A stretch of DNA of 64,000 nucleotides, from NCBI GenBank assembly GCA_027604505.1, contig JADIIX010000050.1, forward strand, positions 1 to 64,000, read 5' to 3'. Positions 12,714 through 27,110 of the stretch are shown here, piece after piece. The position numbers were made by a program, and so were the translations under genes. Below the pieces are notes generated by a model. The model searched no databases. It was not told the DNA's origin and saw nothing but the letters and a program-made list of their open reading frames with translations. This stretch comes from Gonapodya sp. JEL0774. Its lineage: Eukaryota. Numbering within the stretch: the stretch's first letter is position 1; each line of letters opens with the position of its first letter.

Positions 12714-14626
12714 TTAAATGATAGTATTCTTGCTCTCCTGGAGGTCTCCCGATTCTCGAATCTGCTTCAATCGCTCTGTGATCTCACAAAAGGTAGGTCT
12801 CCGTGTCGGTTCTTGATCCCAACATTGTCCAAGTAAGTTCTCAAGCCGAGTAGGCATAGTATCGGACGCTCGAATCATCGGTCGTCGATTGTCGTTGACA
12901 ATGGAAAAGTAGAGCGCCTCCAGCGGCAACTCTGTCTCACTGTAAGGATGCCTCATGGTCCAGATCTGGGAGAGTTGCGCGAAAGAAAAGTTTAGAAACC
13001 GGCTGTTTGGAGAACATGTTGCGCGCACAGGAGAACAAGCCATGGGAAGTGTACCTACGCGAAAAGCCGTGATCGCAAAAGCGAACACATCCCCCTCTTT
13101 CGTCGCCCCACCACCCATCAGCCGTTCCGGAGGCATGTAGAGCCCTGTTCCCTCCCTGTTACCAGTCGCCTCTTGACGGGGTATGTGGTTGATTTTCGAG
13201 GTGCCAAAGTCGCCAATCCGAGTGGTCCCGTCGTCATCGACGACTGCGTTCTCTGGCTTGAGATCTGCGTGAACAATGTCGCGGATGTCGTGGAGGTAAT
13301 ACATCCCCGCCGCAATGTCGAAAATCTGAGTGATGGAGGTGCGGGGAACAGGTATGAATAGGTAGTCGAAATAGGAACACGAAAGTCGAGGCAAAAATGA
13401 CCATACGAAATTTCGTTTCCAAAGTAGCGATTGGAGGATTGTTGCGGAGATACTCCATGCAGTTGCCATTCTTCATGTACTTGGAGACCATGATGGGACT
13501 CGGGCCATCCCAGGACGCTCCAAGAAGAGGAAGAATATTCGGATGATTTCCTGCGGTGTACCACGCTGTTACCTCACGTTCGAAGGCCTGGTTTGAGCAA
13601 TGACCAGTATTTTCCAAACAAATGAATCTCAATGGGACGACCAGACCACCATTAAATGACATTCACCTTTTTCACGGACTCGTGAGACATAAGCTTGTCC
13701 ACGATTATGTATTTCCCCGCCACCTGAGCTGCTGCCCATTCGCACTTGTACACGACACCAAAACCTCCCCTCCCAATTTCCACTCCCCGGGACACTCTGT
13801 GGTAATCAATGTCCCACAGAGGTTTATCCTGTCGTGACTCAGCAGCAGACGGCACATTTGGTGGTGGATGAGGCTCCAAGCCGTTATGATCCGGCACCTG
13901 CGGTACATTGTTCGGAGCTGCATGAATTGAGAAGGACGACAGAAGTTGTACTGGTGGAAGGCGGGTTGTATTTCCTTTCTCGAATAGATGTTGCTGAAGT
14001 GCCGTCAAGAACCGGATGTCGGATTGCTTGCGCGCCGCGTGGAGTTCAAGCTCCGAGACCATCGCGCCATGCTGGAGGAGAAGTTGGACAATCGCAAGTG
14101 AGGGGCGGAGAGTGAAGAGGACCGAAACGTCGTTCCCAGCCCTGGGGTTGTTCATTTGAACGTTCCCGCCCCCCAGGTTGATGGCGAGTTTGTTTGAACT
14201 GGGCGCCTCGCCCGTGGCTTCGTCCCAAAACGTCCATGTCCCTCCACGAGCCATCGCCAGCGTCAGTGGAGACGGAAAAGAGTACCTCATAGCCCAATGC
14301 TTCCTGTCCCAGTCGTCCACGGTCCACGGTTTGAGACGGTAGTAGGCGATGATCCACTCGCACGGGGCATTTGGGTCCGCGCCGTGATCGAGAAGCAAGC
14401 CCACGATCTCATCGTGTCCATGGAGAATTGCAAGAGCCAATGCTGACTCGCAATCAGCCGTGGCAGTCTTGATCTCGGACGAGAAAACCCCTGTTTTCAA
14501 TGTCGCCGACGATGTCACCCGCTTTCTCGCGTTCGCATCGACCCCTTCATCCAGCAACTGGCGAACGCGGACGATGTCACCCTTTTCTACAGCGACAATC
14601 AGATGGATTTCTTTCGCGTTCGGCAT
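12714..14626 (-). CDS. Ankyrin-repeat / tyrosine-kinase-like (TKL) protein kinase
   Basis: Ankyrin motifs LIVAVEKGDIVRVRQLLDEGVDAN and SALALAILHGHDEIVGLLLDHGADPN. Kinase motifs IGRGGFGVVY, VAGK, HPNILPLLGA, HADLKPEN, DFG, GTGLYMPPE and CWDQEPTRRPTF. Confidence 0.92.
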
Positions 14627-16530
14627 CGACGCGAGCGATCGGCTGGAATTGTGGAAGATATCTTGGGTAGAATGACCGTTGCACTCGGCCCGACTCGCAG
14701 ACAGCCAGCACCATGAACACGCCAGTGCGATTCCATTCTGAACCAAAACTAAACCCATAATCCGGGGAGTGCCCATGCAGGGGCCATTATTGTTTCCATA
14801 GCAGGGCGTATGAATCGAATGGCGGGAAACTGGGCAATTTTCAATGCAGGATGACTCTTGTATGTTGAATTTGTCTCTTTCACACGAATCTAGACTCGCT
14901 CGTTATATGAAAATGGCTGGTTTTGCAGGAAAGAACTTTTCCCAGTAAAGATGACCACGACAATCACCTGCACGACTTGCGCACAATCGCACTTTCACCC
15001 ATCACATCAAGGTGCAGAAATTGTCGGTCCATGGTTGTATCGTCGTCGTGGGTCGTGTCTGTCATGAGCTCTCTGTGTGCGGAGGGGCCCCGTGCGTCGC
15101 GAGGTGAACCTGCTGTGTTTGCGCTGCGCGTCGAGGTCCGGCGGGGAGTCGCGAACGGGGACCAACGGTACAGGTATGCGGGGCCGAATCATTGGAATCC
15201 ACACTTCACTCTCTACACTCCCACATTCCACTCTTGCCCCTTACCCCCTCCCTCTACCTCTCCCTCCCCCTCTCCCCGCCACGCCAGGTACCTCCCTTTC
15301 CGTCGCCACCGCTCACCCCTCTCCTCACGACCAATTTCTCTCGGTGCCCTCATCTAATGGTGGCCGTGCCCCTCCCCGTGATGCTCCGATTTCGCGAATG
15401 AATAGTCGTTGGCCGTGTATATGCCCTCGGAGTAGTGCCGGCGGACTTCGGATTGGTAGGGGGCGTTCTGGAGGGAGGGGGGGCGGGGTAAAGCGGGTGG
15501 GTGGAGTAAAGCGGGTAAGCGGGAAGGGTGGAAAGGGGTAAGTGAGAGCCGACAGAACGGGAGAGGGAGGGCAAGGACTGCCCTGCCAACTTGCTGTCCC
15601 CGTCAAACGGGTCCACTCCAACACAAACACACAAAAACACTCTACACTTCTCTTTGCACACCGTGTACTATCTGACTCTCTCTCTCTCAACGTATACTCG
15701 CCTTGAACTCTGCAGCCCAGCGTTGGGAAGGGATGGGTCCGATGGGGGGTGTCATGCGGATCTGGGGTTGGGGGAGTTCGCGGATGAGGTGATGGGGTGG
15801 TGGGGTGGTGGGAGGGGAGAGAGGGAGGGAAGTGAGAATGGACATGGCATGCGGGAGAAGGGGATGGGAAGGGGGAATGTGGGTGGAGTCGCGAGTGTGG
15901 TGGGAGAGCAGGGTGGGGACGGTGGGTGTACGCACGGCCCACGACCCGACCGGGCACAGCGACGCGAGCCAGTGCGGTGAGCTCCATTGTGCTGCGAGAG
16001 TTCTCAAATCTCAGAACATAGAACACGGGGGCAGGATGTGTATGGATGGAGGGCATGTCGGGCATGCTCGTGAACTGTCCATCCCGTCCGTGGTGGAGCG
16101 CGTGCATGTCCCAGATCTGCAGGAGCAGTATTCTTTCCATGGAGGGCACGCAAAGCTGGTGGTGTGTGTCGAGTGAGACCCCTGGCCCCCTTCCTGCCGT
16201 CCTGTCATTTCTCTCCCACCTCTGACCAACCGAATCCGCATTTCCCGTTCTCCCATTTGCCCATTTGCCCTCCTGGCCGCGCCGCCCCGCGCCCCCCCAG
16301 CAGGAGGGGGGGACCTCGGGGAGCGCCCCCCGGTGCGCGCGCGCCGGGGGAAGAGGGGGGGGTGGAAGGCTACGACCGGGCCGCGNNNNNNNNNNCTTCT
16401 GGTTTGGGTTATTTTTTGTCCACTATTAGTATAAATTTGATCGCTTGTTTTCTGGATCTCAACACAACATTTGGCCCCCCCCCCCCCCCCCCCCCCCCCC
16501 TTTCCATGATATTACAGGTAGAGCACGCAC

Positions 16531-16851
16531 CTCATTCGCGGCAGAGAATCTGAATACGCCGTAGAGAAAGACAGCTGAGCCAGTAGCGACGATTGCAAAG
16601 TTTGATTTCCAGTTCTTTGGTCTTCCCCACCAGCCGCCGGCGGGAGAATAGACCCATTTTGGATAGGCCCAACGTTCCGAGTGGCCGCCCTGGAAGGGTG
16701 GATGGGACGGGAGGATTGATGGGGGGATGGGAATGGGTGTGGATGGGATTGAAACAGGTTGGAATGGGCGATTGAAAAGGAGAAACAAAAGAGAAAAGAG
16801 CGATGAGAAAAAAGGGATAAAAAGGACAAAGAGTGGGAGCTGTGTCACCAT
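16531..16851 (-). CDS. Mitochondrial complex I accessory subunit, NUUM-like (5' part; 3' exon lost in or near gap)
   Basis: ATG-only first coding exon (16851-16849), then intron 16848-16690. Exon 2 reads GGHSERWAYPKWVYSPAGGWWGRPKNWKSNFAIV..., matching the fungal YPKxVxSPAGGWWxxPxNWK family. A GTGCGT donor follows at 16530. Confidence 0.75.
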
Positions 16852-16975
16852 TGTCGCTTGCAATGTTGGGTGTTGCTGGGGTTGGGGATGCAGACCGACT
16901 GGGTCCAGTCGCATTGCCCGTCAACCCCACCTGCCCCCCCCCAAACCCCATTCCATCGCAGCTTCAGTCCCACCC

Positions 16976-19900
16976 ATGGCCGACCCGCTTTCCCCAGGCG
17001 ACGAGGTATTTCTGGCCTCATTTTTATTATTTCCCGCAATATATTCCGTTGTTTCCGTCGTATGGGGGTCGGAAAAGTGTGTCCGGGGTGCCCGAGAACG
17101 GCGACGGACGCCATCTGTGACGTGACGCAGCTGTCTGCCTAGTCGGGCCCGCACTCGTGGCATTTTCGGCACCTGAAGCTCTGTCACATCGTCTAAATCG
17201 TGTTGATTCTGTGCTCGTTTGTTCTCCGGAGAGCCACCGGTGGGGTCACGTTGCATCCTCACAGTGGACACACCAGACGCCGTGGGACTCGCGAGGGACT
17301 CGGGACACGGACATGCCCTCGCGCGCATTCTCCCCCTCTTCCTCCACCTTGCACCCTCCCCCACATCCCACACCCCCAATCTCCAACTCACTCATCTCAC
17401 TCCCGCTCTCTCTCCCACCCCTCGCACCCCCTCCCGCTACGTCTCTCCAGGAAGCACCCCTCGTCAACCACCCCGATGACATGGACGCCGTCGAAGCAGC
17501 ACTGAAGGAGCAAAAGGTGCGCACGACTGGGTTCAGTGGTTGGAGGGTCAGGGGGTTGGAGTGTTGGAGGCTTGGAGGCTTGGAAGGTTGCACGGTTGCA
17601 CGGTTGGAGGTGGGGAGTTAGAGGATACGAGGATTGGGACGGTTGGAGGACGCTGGCGCGGTGGTTAGATGTGGACGCCCCTCCAATGGTCACCTAAGAC
17701 CCCGGGTTCCACGATTATGTGTCAGTGCGGCGCCTGGGAGCAGTGCGGGATTTGCGACCCGTGTGAGCCGACCACGCTCCGCTGCCTCCCAGAACTCGTC
17801 GGACGATCTGGACTGTGGACTGTGGACTGTGGTGGTGGCCGCTCTCCACGTCGTCTTGGGTTCGTCCCGCGACAAAGCACCAAGGCACCAAGGCACGAAG
17901 CGGGGCCAGAGAGCTTATCCCTATCCATATGCATGCGAGGGCACCAAGCCACCGCTGAGGTGGTTCACGTGCAACCTGATGGTCGATCCTCGTTCCTTAC
18001 CCTCCCCCCCACCCCACCCTCCCCACTCCCCCAGCGCCGCCGCTCCCGCACCGTGTTCGGCATCACGGCATCGATATGCGTCGCCGTGGCACTCACGTGG
18101 GCCATCGTGGGGGGGGCCAAGAGGTTGTTGGGTGGGTTTGAGTGGATCGCGGGGATGGGTGTTGGGGATGGGGGTGGGGGGGGGGGGGGGGGGGGGAAGG
18201 GGCAGATGGGAAAAATGCGCGGAGATGAGAATAGGCGAATGGGCAGAGGACAAAAGGCAAATTGTTGAGCGGAAAAGAGAGGTGGGCTAGGGGACGCGCG
18301 GGTACGGCGTGGAAACGGCGGGATCGTGTGACGCGGGAGCCCGTGTTGTGTGTGTGTCGGTTGAAACGACGGACGACACCGTGGACCTTGGACCGTGGAC
18401 ACCAGCTCGGGTTGGTGATGGGCGGGCCCTGGACCCTCGTGCAAATCCCGAACGGCCTCTCACCGGACCCCGACCATCGGAGCGACAGACCCTGTCGCAA
18501 GTGGCAGACCCACACACCGCTGCGTCGAGCACCCACGTCTTTGTTGCCCACCACTCACCCGAAAGATAACCTTCCTCCCACCCCACACGCACACCCCTCA
18601 AGTCCCACCCCCCACCCGCCCCTCCCTCATCCTCATCATCCCTGACGGCTTCGGCCCCGCCTCCATCACCATGGCCCGCTCGTTCGGCCCGCTCGTCTCA
18701 TCCTCCCATTCCCCTTTTCCTTCCCACTCGTCCCCATCCTCGGATCCCTCGGACACGTCGGGCCTGTCGGACCCCTTCCCCCCACTCCCCATGGACGCCA
18801 TCCTCGTCGGCACCGCGCGCACCCGGAGCTCGTCGAGTCTTGTCACCGACTCGGCGGCGGGCGCCACGGCGTACGCGTGTGGAGTGAAGTCGTATAACGG
18901 GGCGTGAGTGTGTCCTTTGCCCTTGTGGTGGTGGGAGGGCGCCCACTGAACCGGTGAACCAACCGCCGCGCCCGCCCCCAAACACACACGCCGCCGCCCA
19001 CCCCGCACCACCAGAATCGCTGTGGACCCGTTCGGCGTGCCGTGTGGGACGGTCCTCGAGGCGGCGCACGAGGCGGGGTTGAAGACGGGGTTGGTGGCAA
19101 CGTCGAGGATTACGCACGGTGGGTTGGGGCGGGCTGTTGGGCGGGGTTGGGGCGGTTGGAGGAAAACGGGAAGGCTCCCCATTAAGTGTACGTGAAGGCG
19201 CGTGGGACTTCCGTGAATGTGGTGGAGCGTGGGCGAACACTCGGGACTCGACACGCATCGTGGCCGCCATAACCGATCTCATCTCGATCCTAACCACTCA
19301 ATCCCCCCCCCCTCCCCCCCCCATCTCCCCCCTCTCCCCCCTCTCCCCCAGCCACCCCCGCCTCGTTCAATGCCCACGTCCTACAACGGGACTCGGAGAA
19401 CCTCATCGCGGAGTACCAGGTCGGGTTGGGTGCGCTGGGGAGGACCACGGATCTGATGTTTGGTGGAGGTGAGTCAGGCGTCCCAGGTGATCCGCGTGGA
19501 TGTAAGTTGAGAGGGTGTATGGGCGCTGACTCTGTGGTCTTTGATATTGTGTGGGTCGGGCACGACGACCGACGACGCCGCGATGAACCAGGCCGGTGCC
19601 ATTTCCTGCCCAGCGATCGGGCCGAGAGTTGTCGTCTCGACGATAAGGATCTGCTCAAAGTCGCACGAGAGCGGGGGTTTTCGGTGCTCACCACGAGGGA
19701 GGACTTTGACGGAGCGAACTACAGGTACGTATGTACTTAGGTGGAACACGGCTCCCCGTCCTGTATTCCCCTCAAACGGCTCTCGCACGTTCTTGGTCCC
19801 CGTTGGTGGCTCTGCCTCGCGTAACCGGACCAAAGTCTCCCGGTGCTGGGCGTCTTCACGCCGGACCACATGTCGTACACGATCGACAGGGACCCGGTCA

Positions 19901-21134
19901 AGGAACCCTCGGTGGCGGAAATGGCGGTCAAGGCGTTGGAGATGCTGACGGCGGCCACGCAGGAGAGTGACAAGGGGTTTTTCTTGATGGTGGAGTGCTC
20001 GAGGATAGGTGGGTCAGAGTTTTGGAGATGGTGGTGCCAGAATCATGGAGATGTTTGACGATCACTTCGCCCGCGCGGGGGGGGGGGGGGGNNNNNNNNN
20101 NCCCCCCAAGATATGGCCGGTCACTCCAACGACCCGGCCGCGCACGTGCGGGACATTCTGGCCTGTCAAGATGCCGTCGCGGAGATCAAATCGTACGTCA
20201 ATGCTCACCCGGGAACGGTCATGGTCATCGTGGCGGATCATGAGACCGGGGGCATGACGCGTAAGTATGGGTGATGGTATCGTGGCGTGGAGTGGAGCGT
20301 GCTTCCTGTAGTTCCCACATTGGCACTCATCGGCATTCGCACCCGATCCACCCCCGTCCCCACCCAGTCGGCCGGCAAACTACACCGGCCTACCCTACCT
20401 ATCAATGGCAGCCTTCCGTCCTCCTCCCCGTTCTCAACAGCTCCGAAATCCTTGGCTCGTACCTTCTCACCCTACCCGCCACCGTTACCGACTTGAAAGC
20501 ACGCCGCGCGTTCGTGGTGGACACTGTGATCAAAGCCTGGATGGGTATCACCGATGCCACCGATGACGAGATAAAGTGTCTCGTGGATCCCACGGGATTC
20601 CTCCCCGTCCAACAGTGTCTGGCTGAGATGGTATCTGTGAGGGCGTTTGTGGGATGGTGAGTTGCGGTATTTGGTGGGCTGTTTGTCTTTCTACGGAGTC
20701 AGCCCTGCGTAATGGTAACATATCGTCGTAACATGGAACTTCCCAGGTCCACGCATGGTCACACGGGGGTAGATGTCAATGTGAGTGGATTCGTTGACCT
20801 GTTGGTTCTGCATTGTGTATTTGGTTTACTATTGAACGATCCGCTCTACAAAGCTTTATGCACACGGCCTCCAATCTGAGAAACTTCGCGGAAACCACGA
20901 GAACACTGACGTTGCCAATTTCATTCGTGATTTTTTGGGGTTGTCGCTTGAACCCGTCACGGAGAAGTTGAAAAAGTACGTAGACTCGTGTATTACTTGT
21001 CTAATGGTTACAAATTGCTGCATTTGATTGATATCTTACCGACATTGTGTAGCTCCATAACCCAACCTTCCACCCGTAATTTGCGCACGAACGGAGAGTC
21101 ACGGTTCAAGGAGATGCACTACCACCACGTATAG
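16976..21134 (+). CDS. PHO8: Vacuolar type II membrane alkaline phosphatase (Pho8-like)
   Basis: Exon 1 MADPLSPGDE (16976-17005) splices to EAPLV. A TM segment follows, then LILIIPDGFGPASITMARS, active site VTDSAAGATA, TGLVATSRITHATPA, GFFLMVE, DMAGHSND, ADHETGG, GHTGVDV and GNHENTD. Confidence 0.95.
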
Positions 21135-21261
21135 TTTGTGTCGGGCGCTAAAGACGACTAGAGCATTTTCTGAATTTAGTGTGATATATTTGCATATACA
21201 CAGTGTATTCGCGAGACGTATCGGAAGGTAGATGTCTCCAGTCGCGATTGGTCTGCCACTG

Positions 21262-23288
21262 TTACAACGTTTCCGCCATGAGTCTTTCGAGCCACTGCAA
21301 AAATGTTGGAGAAACATTCAAATGGAACTAAGTCCCGCTCTGCTTCGTAGTCTGATTTGTTGTGAAAACCTACCAGCCTCTCAACCCGTTTCAGAAACCC
21401 ACGAAACCCCGGCTCTGCCAATGTCGCCTTCATCCAACTCGCAAGTTCCTCGTCCGACATGCCATCCACGGGTGCTATTGGTTCGTCAACAGGAGCTCGA
21501 ACAGTTTGCCCTTGAGCACCATTACTGAGGGTCCGTAGGGATGCGGAGCTTGGAGGCAGGGACGACGTGGGTTGGGCGATGGGTGGGTGGGCGCCGGTGG
21601 CGGCCCGGACCGCGCTTGCGGCAGATTTTTGAGTGTTACTCACAGACGGCGGTACTACCAGAACGTCCGATTGGGTTTGGGAGCTCTGCTGGCCAGGTGG
21701 TTGAGGAAGGTGCCGGGGAGGGGGCCTTGGCTCGGAACCCCCAGCAGCCATGGTGGGTCTTTGATGATGGCCGGTTGGTGAATGAGGTGATGCAGAAGTG
21801 TGCTCGAGGTAAAATCCTCCCTGACTAGGATGGTTACCTGAGAATGCAGATCGCGAGGGTGATGGGCGGGAGAGTGTAGTTGGGTGACCGTAAGCGACGG
21901 GCGTGGGGTGATCGTGAAGTCTGCGGCGTTTGGAATCGTGATCGTCCTCAATTTCAGGGCCTCTCAATCGCTCTTTCCATGTCGGTTCAGTCCGTGAGGG
22001 CCTCTTCACGGGTGTGAGAGGAGGTCCGGATTCCTCTCGATCATATACTTCATCTTCAGCATGCATCACATGTCGTTCAAAGATCCCGCTGGGGTTTCCG
22101 GGAGACTGGAGTCGAGGATCTGTACTGGGTACTACCGTAGATCTACGACGCTCAAGTTGAAACCTGCCACGGGAATCTTCCGCTTGCCAATTTTGGGACA
22201 TGTGAATTGCATCACCATCTCGTGCCTTCTCAAGGACCATCACTCCGGGTACGGGGTCCGTCCAACGAATGGGCACCGCTTCGTCACGTTGTCTGTCGTC
22301 TAACAGTGTAGGTTCAAAGCGAGATGGCTGATTGCTTAGAGACTGTACACGAGGAGTAGTTGGGTGTGGTTGATCATTACCGAGAAGGGGGTAGCTGACT
22401 GCGACTGGTGTTGAAGAGCGATCAATAAGTATGCCGGGTGTTCTGGGTCTTGGAGCACCCTGGTGGGTCACTCGTTGCGGCGTAGAGGGCATTTGAGTTA
22501 CTAGGTGACCTTGAGAGTACGCCGCTTCAGATGTACTCCCATTCACAGCTCTGGGGAGCGCAAATGGTGGTTCTTGAGTGGTTCCCGCTACAAAGGGCCT
22601 TTGGGACATCCCGCCATTTGTTCCACTAACGAAGGGGCGAAGATTTATGCTTTTCCCAACTGCGTTCGCAAAAATGGCATAGTCACTGGAGGAAAAGAAC
22701 CTGATCTGGAATCGGCGGGATACTTTGGTCTAGCCAAGTGTTATCAACAGACTGGTGGTTATCACTCATTGTTCGCAATCCGCAGCATACCTTCTGACAA
22801 TTGTACTTGAATCCGATTGATAAATCCTGGAAGAATGTGGGTGAAGAAGATTCCTCCCGTGAATGATCCAGAATGACAGCTTAGCGTCCCACCTTGACCA
22901 GAGCCTTCAGCTGCAGTTCTTCAATTGCTTTGGCACCAAGCTCAAGCGACTCCTGAGTTGAGAATTACGTCAATATTTGTGATCGGCTGTGTGCTTTGTA
23001 GATGATACTCACCAGAACTCTTTCATGTTCGTTCGTACCGTCTTCCGTCTCACCGACCATAACTTCCAGTTTCGCAACTCCAAACACTATCCACACTCGC
23101 TCTATATACTTTTTACCAGCACCTTCGCCGCCACCAGCTGCTGGAAAGTCTTTGTAGAAGGCCAGCGGAAGTCTTTTCAATGTACCCATCACTTTGGGTG
23201 GTCGAGAGGTTGGAGCAGTTTCTCTCTCAATCGTGGTACTCAGAGACACAGGTCCATTGATAGATCCAGATGTCAGTGGGAGAGACAT
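21262..23288 (-). CDS. REC114: Meiotic recombination protein Rec114/Rec7-like
   Basis: The spliced N-terminus gives LPLAFYKDF...VLESLEL...LKALVKDLSIGFKY...RRFQIRFFSSSDYAIF (Rec114 PH-domain signature). A long disordered linker leads to C-terminal MSDEELASWMKATLAEPGFRGFLKRVERLW. Confidence 0.75.
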
Positions 23289-23879
23289 CGCTGTGACAAT
23301 GATGTAGGTAGGCGCTATCCAATTGGCGGTATATCGACTATACACCTCATGAGCTGTGCTTTGGTGACACATGCAGCAATCTTCTCACAAAAAAAAAAAA
23401 ATACTTCAAAGGTACTAAGATATGATTTTGTGACCAATGGTTAAGTCAAACTGCGGTAAACAAAAAGTCGAAGCTTGTTGTTGTTATTCCCTCCACTTTC
23501 AAGTTCCTTTTTTCTTCCACTGTCCGTCTAATAATCGAAAGAGTTCGAACCAAAATATTTTACGTGTTCTCACGGAGAACAGTAGAATAAGTCCATGTTC
23601 ACGAAACAGTTTGAACTGAGTGCCGGGCAGGGAAACACAGCAACAAGTCTGCTCCTCGAATTTGACACATGTAGCTAAAGAATTTTCCCTTGGCAGTCTC
23701 AGTGCACCCGTTGAACTTTGCGAATGTTGCCGGCGTCATGTCATCATAAACAGACTCGGGCCATCCGTTGAGCCGATTATTGGAAAACCGACGGCAACGA
23801 AACCGTGCTCCCGCAGTTTCCCTCCCGATTTTATCGAGAGTAGTTTCTTTCTTTGATCATACCACTTTTGCAATCTTCA

Positions 23880-25601
<1,722 letters not shown>

Positions 25602-25793
25602 AGGCGGTGTGGGGCAATTTTAGTGCAGGAAAAACTATAAATAAGATTGGAATTTTATCTTGAGTGGTGCGGTGAATCCGTTACAGGACCTGACGGGAGT
25701 CCTACAGGTGCCGTGTAGAAGTCTGAAAGGTGTTCTGCCGACAGACAAACATTTGATCGTACAAAATTGGCCAGGACGGGCACCCGTCTAGCG

Positions 25794-26460
25794 ATGGATG
25801 AAGACGATTTGGGAGATGCAGGAGGACCCAGTGGAGGAGCAGATGAGGAGCTCTCTCTCCCAAAAGGTGTGTTGCGCGAGTCTCTCGTCTTCGGTTTGTG
25901 AATGATTGGTGATGCAGGGTTTTCTCAAGCGACCATGCAGAAACTTATTCAGGAGATGATGCCAAAAGATTTGCAGATGTCGAAAGAAGCCAGGGAGCTG
26001 ATCACGGAGTGCTGCGTGGGTTAGTTGAAATATGTGCTGTCACGAACGGTCAGATCATTTAAACACCTCATTGTCCAAGAATTTATCCACTTGCTGTCAT
26101 CGGAAGCTAACGAGGTATGCGAAAAAGAAAACAGGAAGACGATTTCAGGTGATCATGTGCTGAAGGCTCTCAAGGTACGAGCGAACTATATGTTGTCACG
26201 CCTGAATGCATGGAAGTGATAACCATTATCATCAGGACCTCGGATTTGAAGAATACGTGTCCGAAGTCGAGGCAGTTCAGAAGGAGCACGAAAAAGACAT
26301 CAAGCAACAACGCGAGCGGAGATCGAACAAACTGAAGGAATCGGACGTGTCGGAGGAAGCGCTGCTTCAACAGCAGGAGCAGCTATTCGCACTGGCGAAA
26401 GCTCGTATGGAGCAACAATTGGGACCGAGCCAAAGCGAAGATGGTGAAAGTCAAGCATGA
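25794..26460 (+). CDS. NCB2: Negative cofactor 2 beta subunit (Dr1/NC2-beta), histone fold
   Basis: DEELSLPKATMQKLIQEMMP...ARELITECCVEFIHLLSSEANEVCEKENRKTISGDHVLKALKDLGF...QQEQLFALAKARM. Confidence 0.95.
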
Positions 26461-27110
26461 CATGAACATGTAGATATGTATATTCCAATTTATCTTTTTC
26501 ATTTCCCCACAAATGCCCTTTTAATTATTTTTCATCGCCCTGACACCTCTGACGCCAATTGTTTTGTTATGTGTTGCCTTGAACGATCACGATTTGTGCG
26601 CGGTCCGAACTCCATTCGTGTGATAGAGAATAATCTCAAACGTCAACCCCAATGAACGTTGCAACGGCGTACATCATTCTAAGCTTCGATCCATATAGAA
26701 TTCAAAGTTGACCTCGGACAGTGGCTGTTGTGAATCCTCCTCCTTTGGTCTCCTCTCGCCATGCTCAATGTTTGGTTTTCTTTTACAAAGAGTCATCATA
26801 CCTCTTCAAGACAGGGTTTTGTGTCACAAGATTTCGACTTCCTAATATGCGAATCGAGTTCTCCTATGACGTTCTGATGTTCTTTTCTTCACAATCATTG
26901 CTATCCTGGTCCGTGAGAACTTGAAGCTCCAACATGTTTTGCTGATCCTTTGCTATTTTCAACCGGGTTGCGATCATTCACTAAACTGTAAAGCTCGGAG
27001 AGGACCACGGCTGTTGCTAGGGGGCCGGCGGCGATAAGATAATTACTATCAGTTCTTCAAGGCGACGTTATAATGTGAGGGGAATCTTTGACGAAGAAGT
27101 GCTGGAAACT

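Noticed and set aside
17717..17815. Cys-rich peptide MCQCGAWEQCGICDPCEP inside a PHO8 intron
   Set aside because: No supporting splice or promoter context, so probably chance in GC-rich sequence.
19990..20170. Odd Cys substitutions in PHO8 (MVECSRI, ILACQD)
   Set aside because: Both flank an assembly gap where base quality is doubtful, and the metal-binding residues are intact.
26461..27110. Longer intergenic spacers (also 40024-41013) searched for tRNA, snRNA or 5S genes
   Set aside because: No cloverleaf, A/B box or snRNA signature recognised by eye. Infernal or tRNAscan-SE would be needed to exclude them fully.
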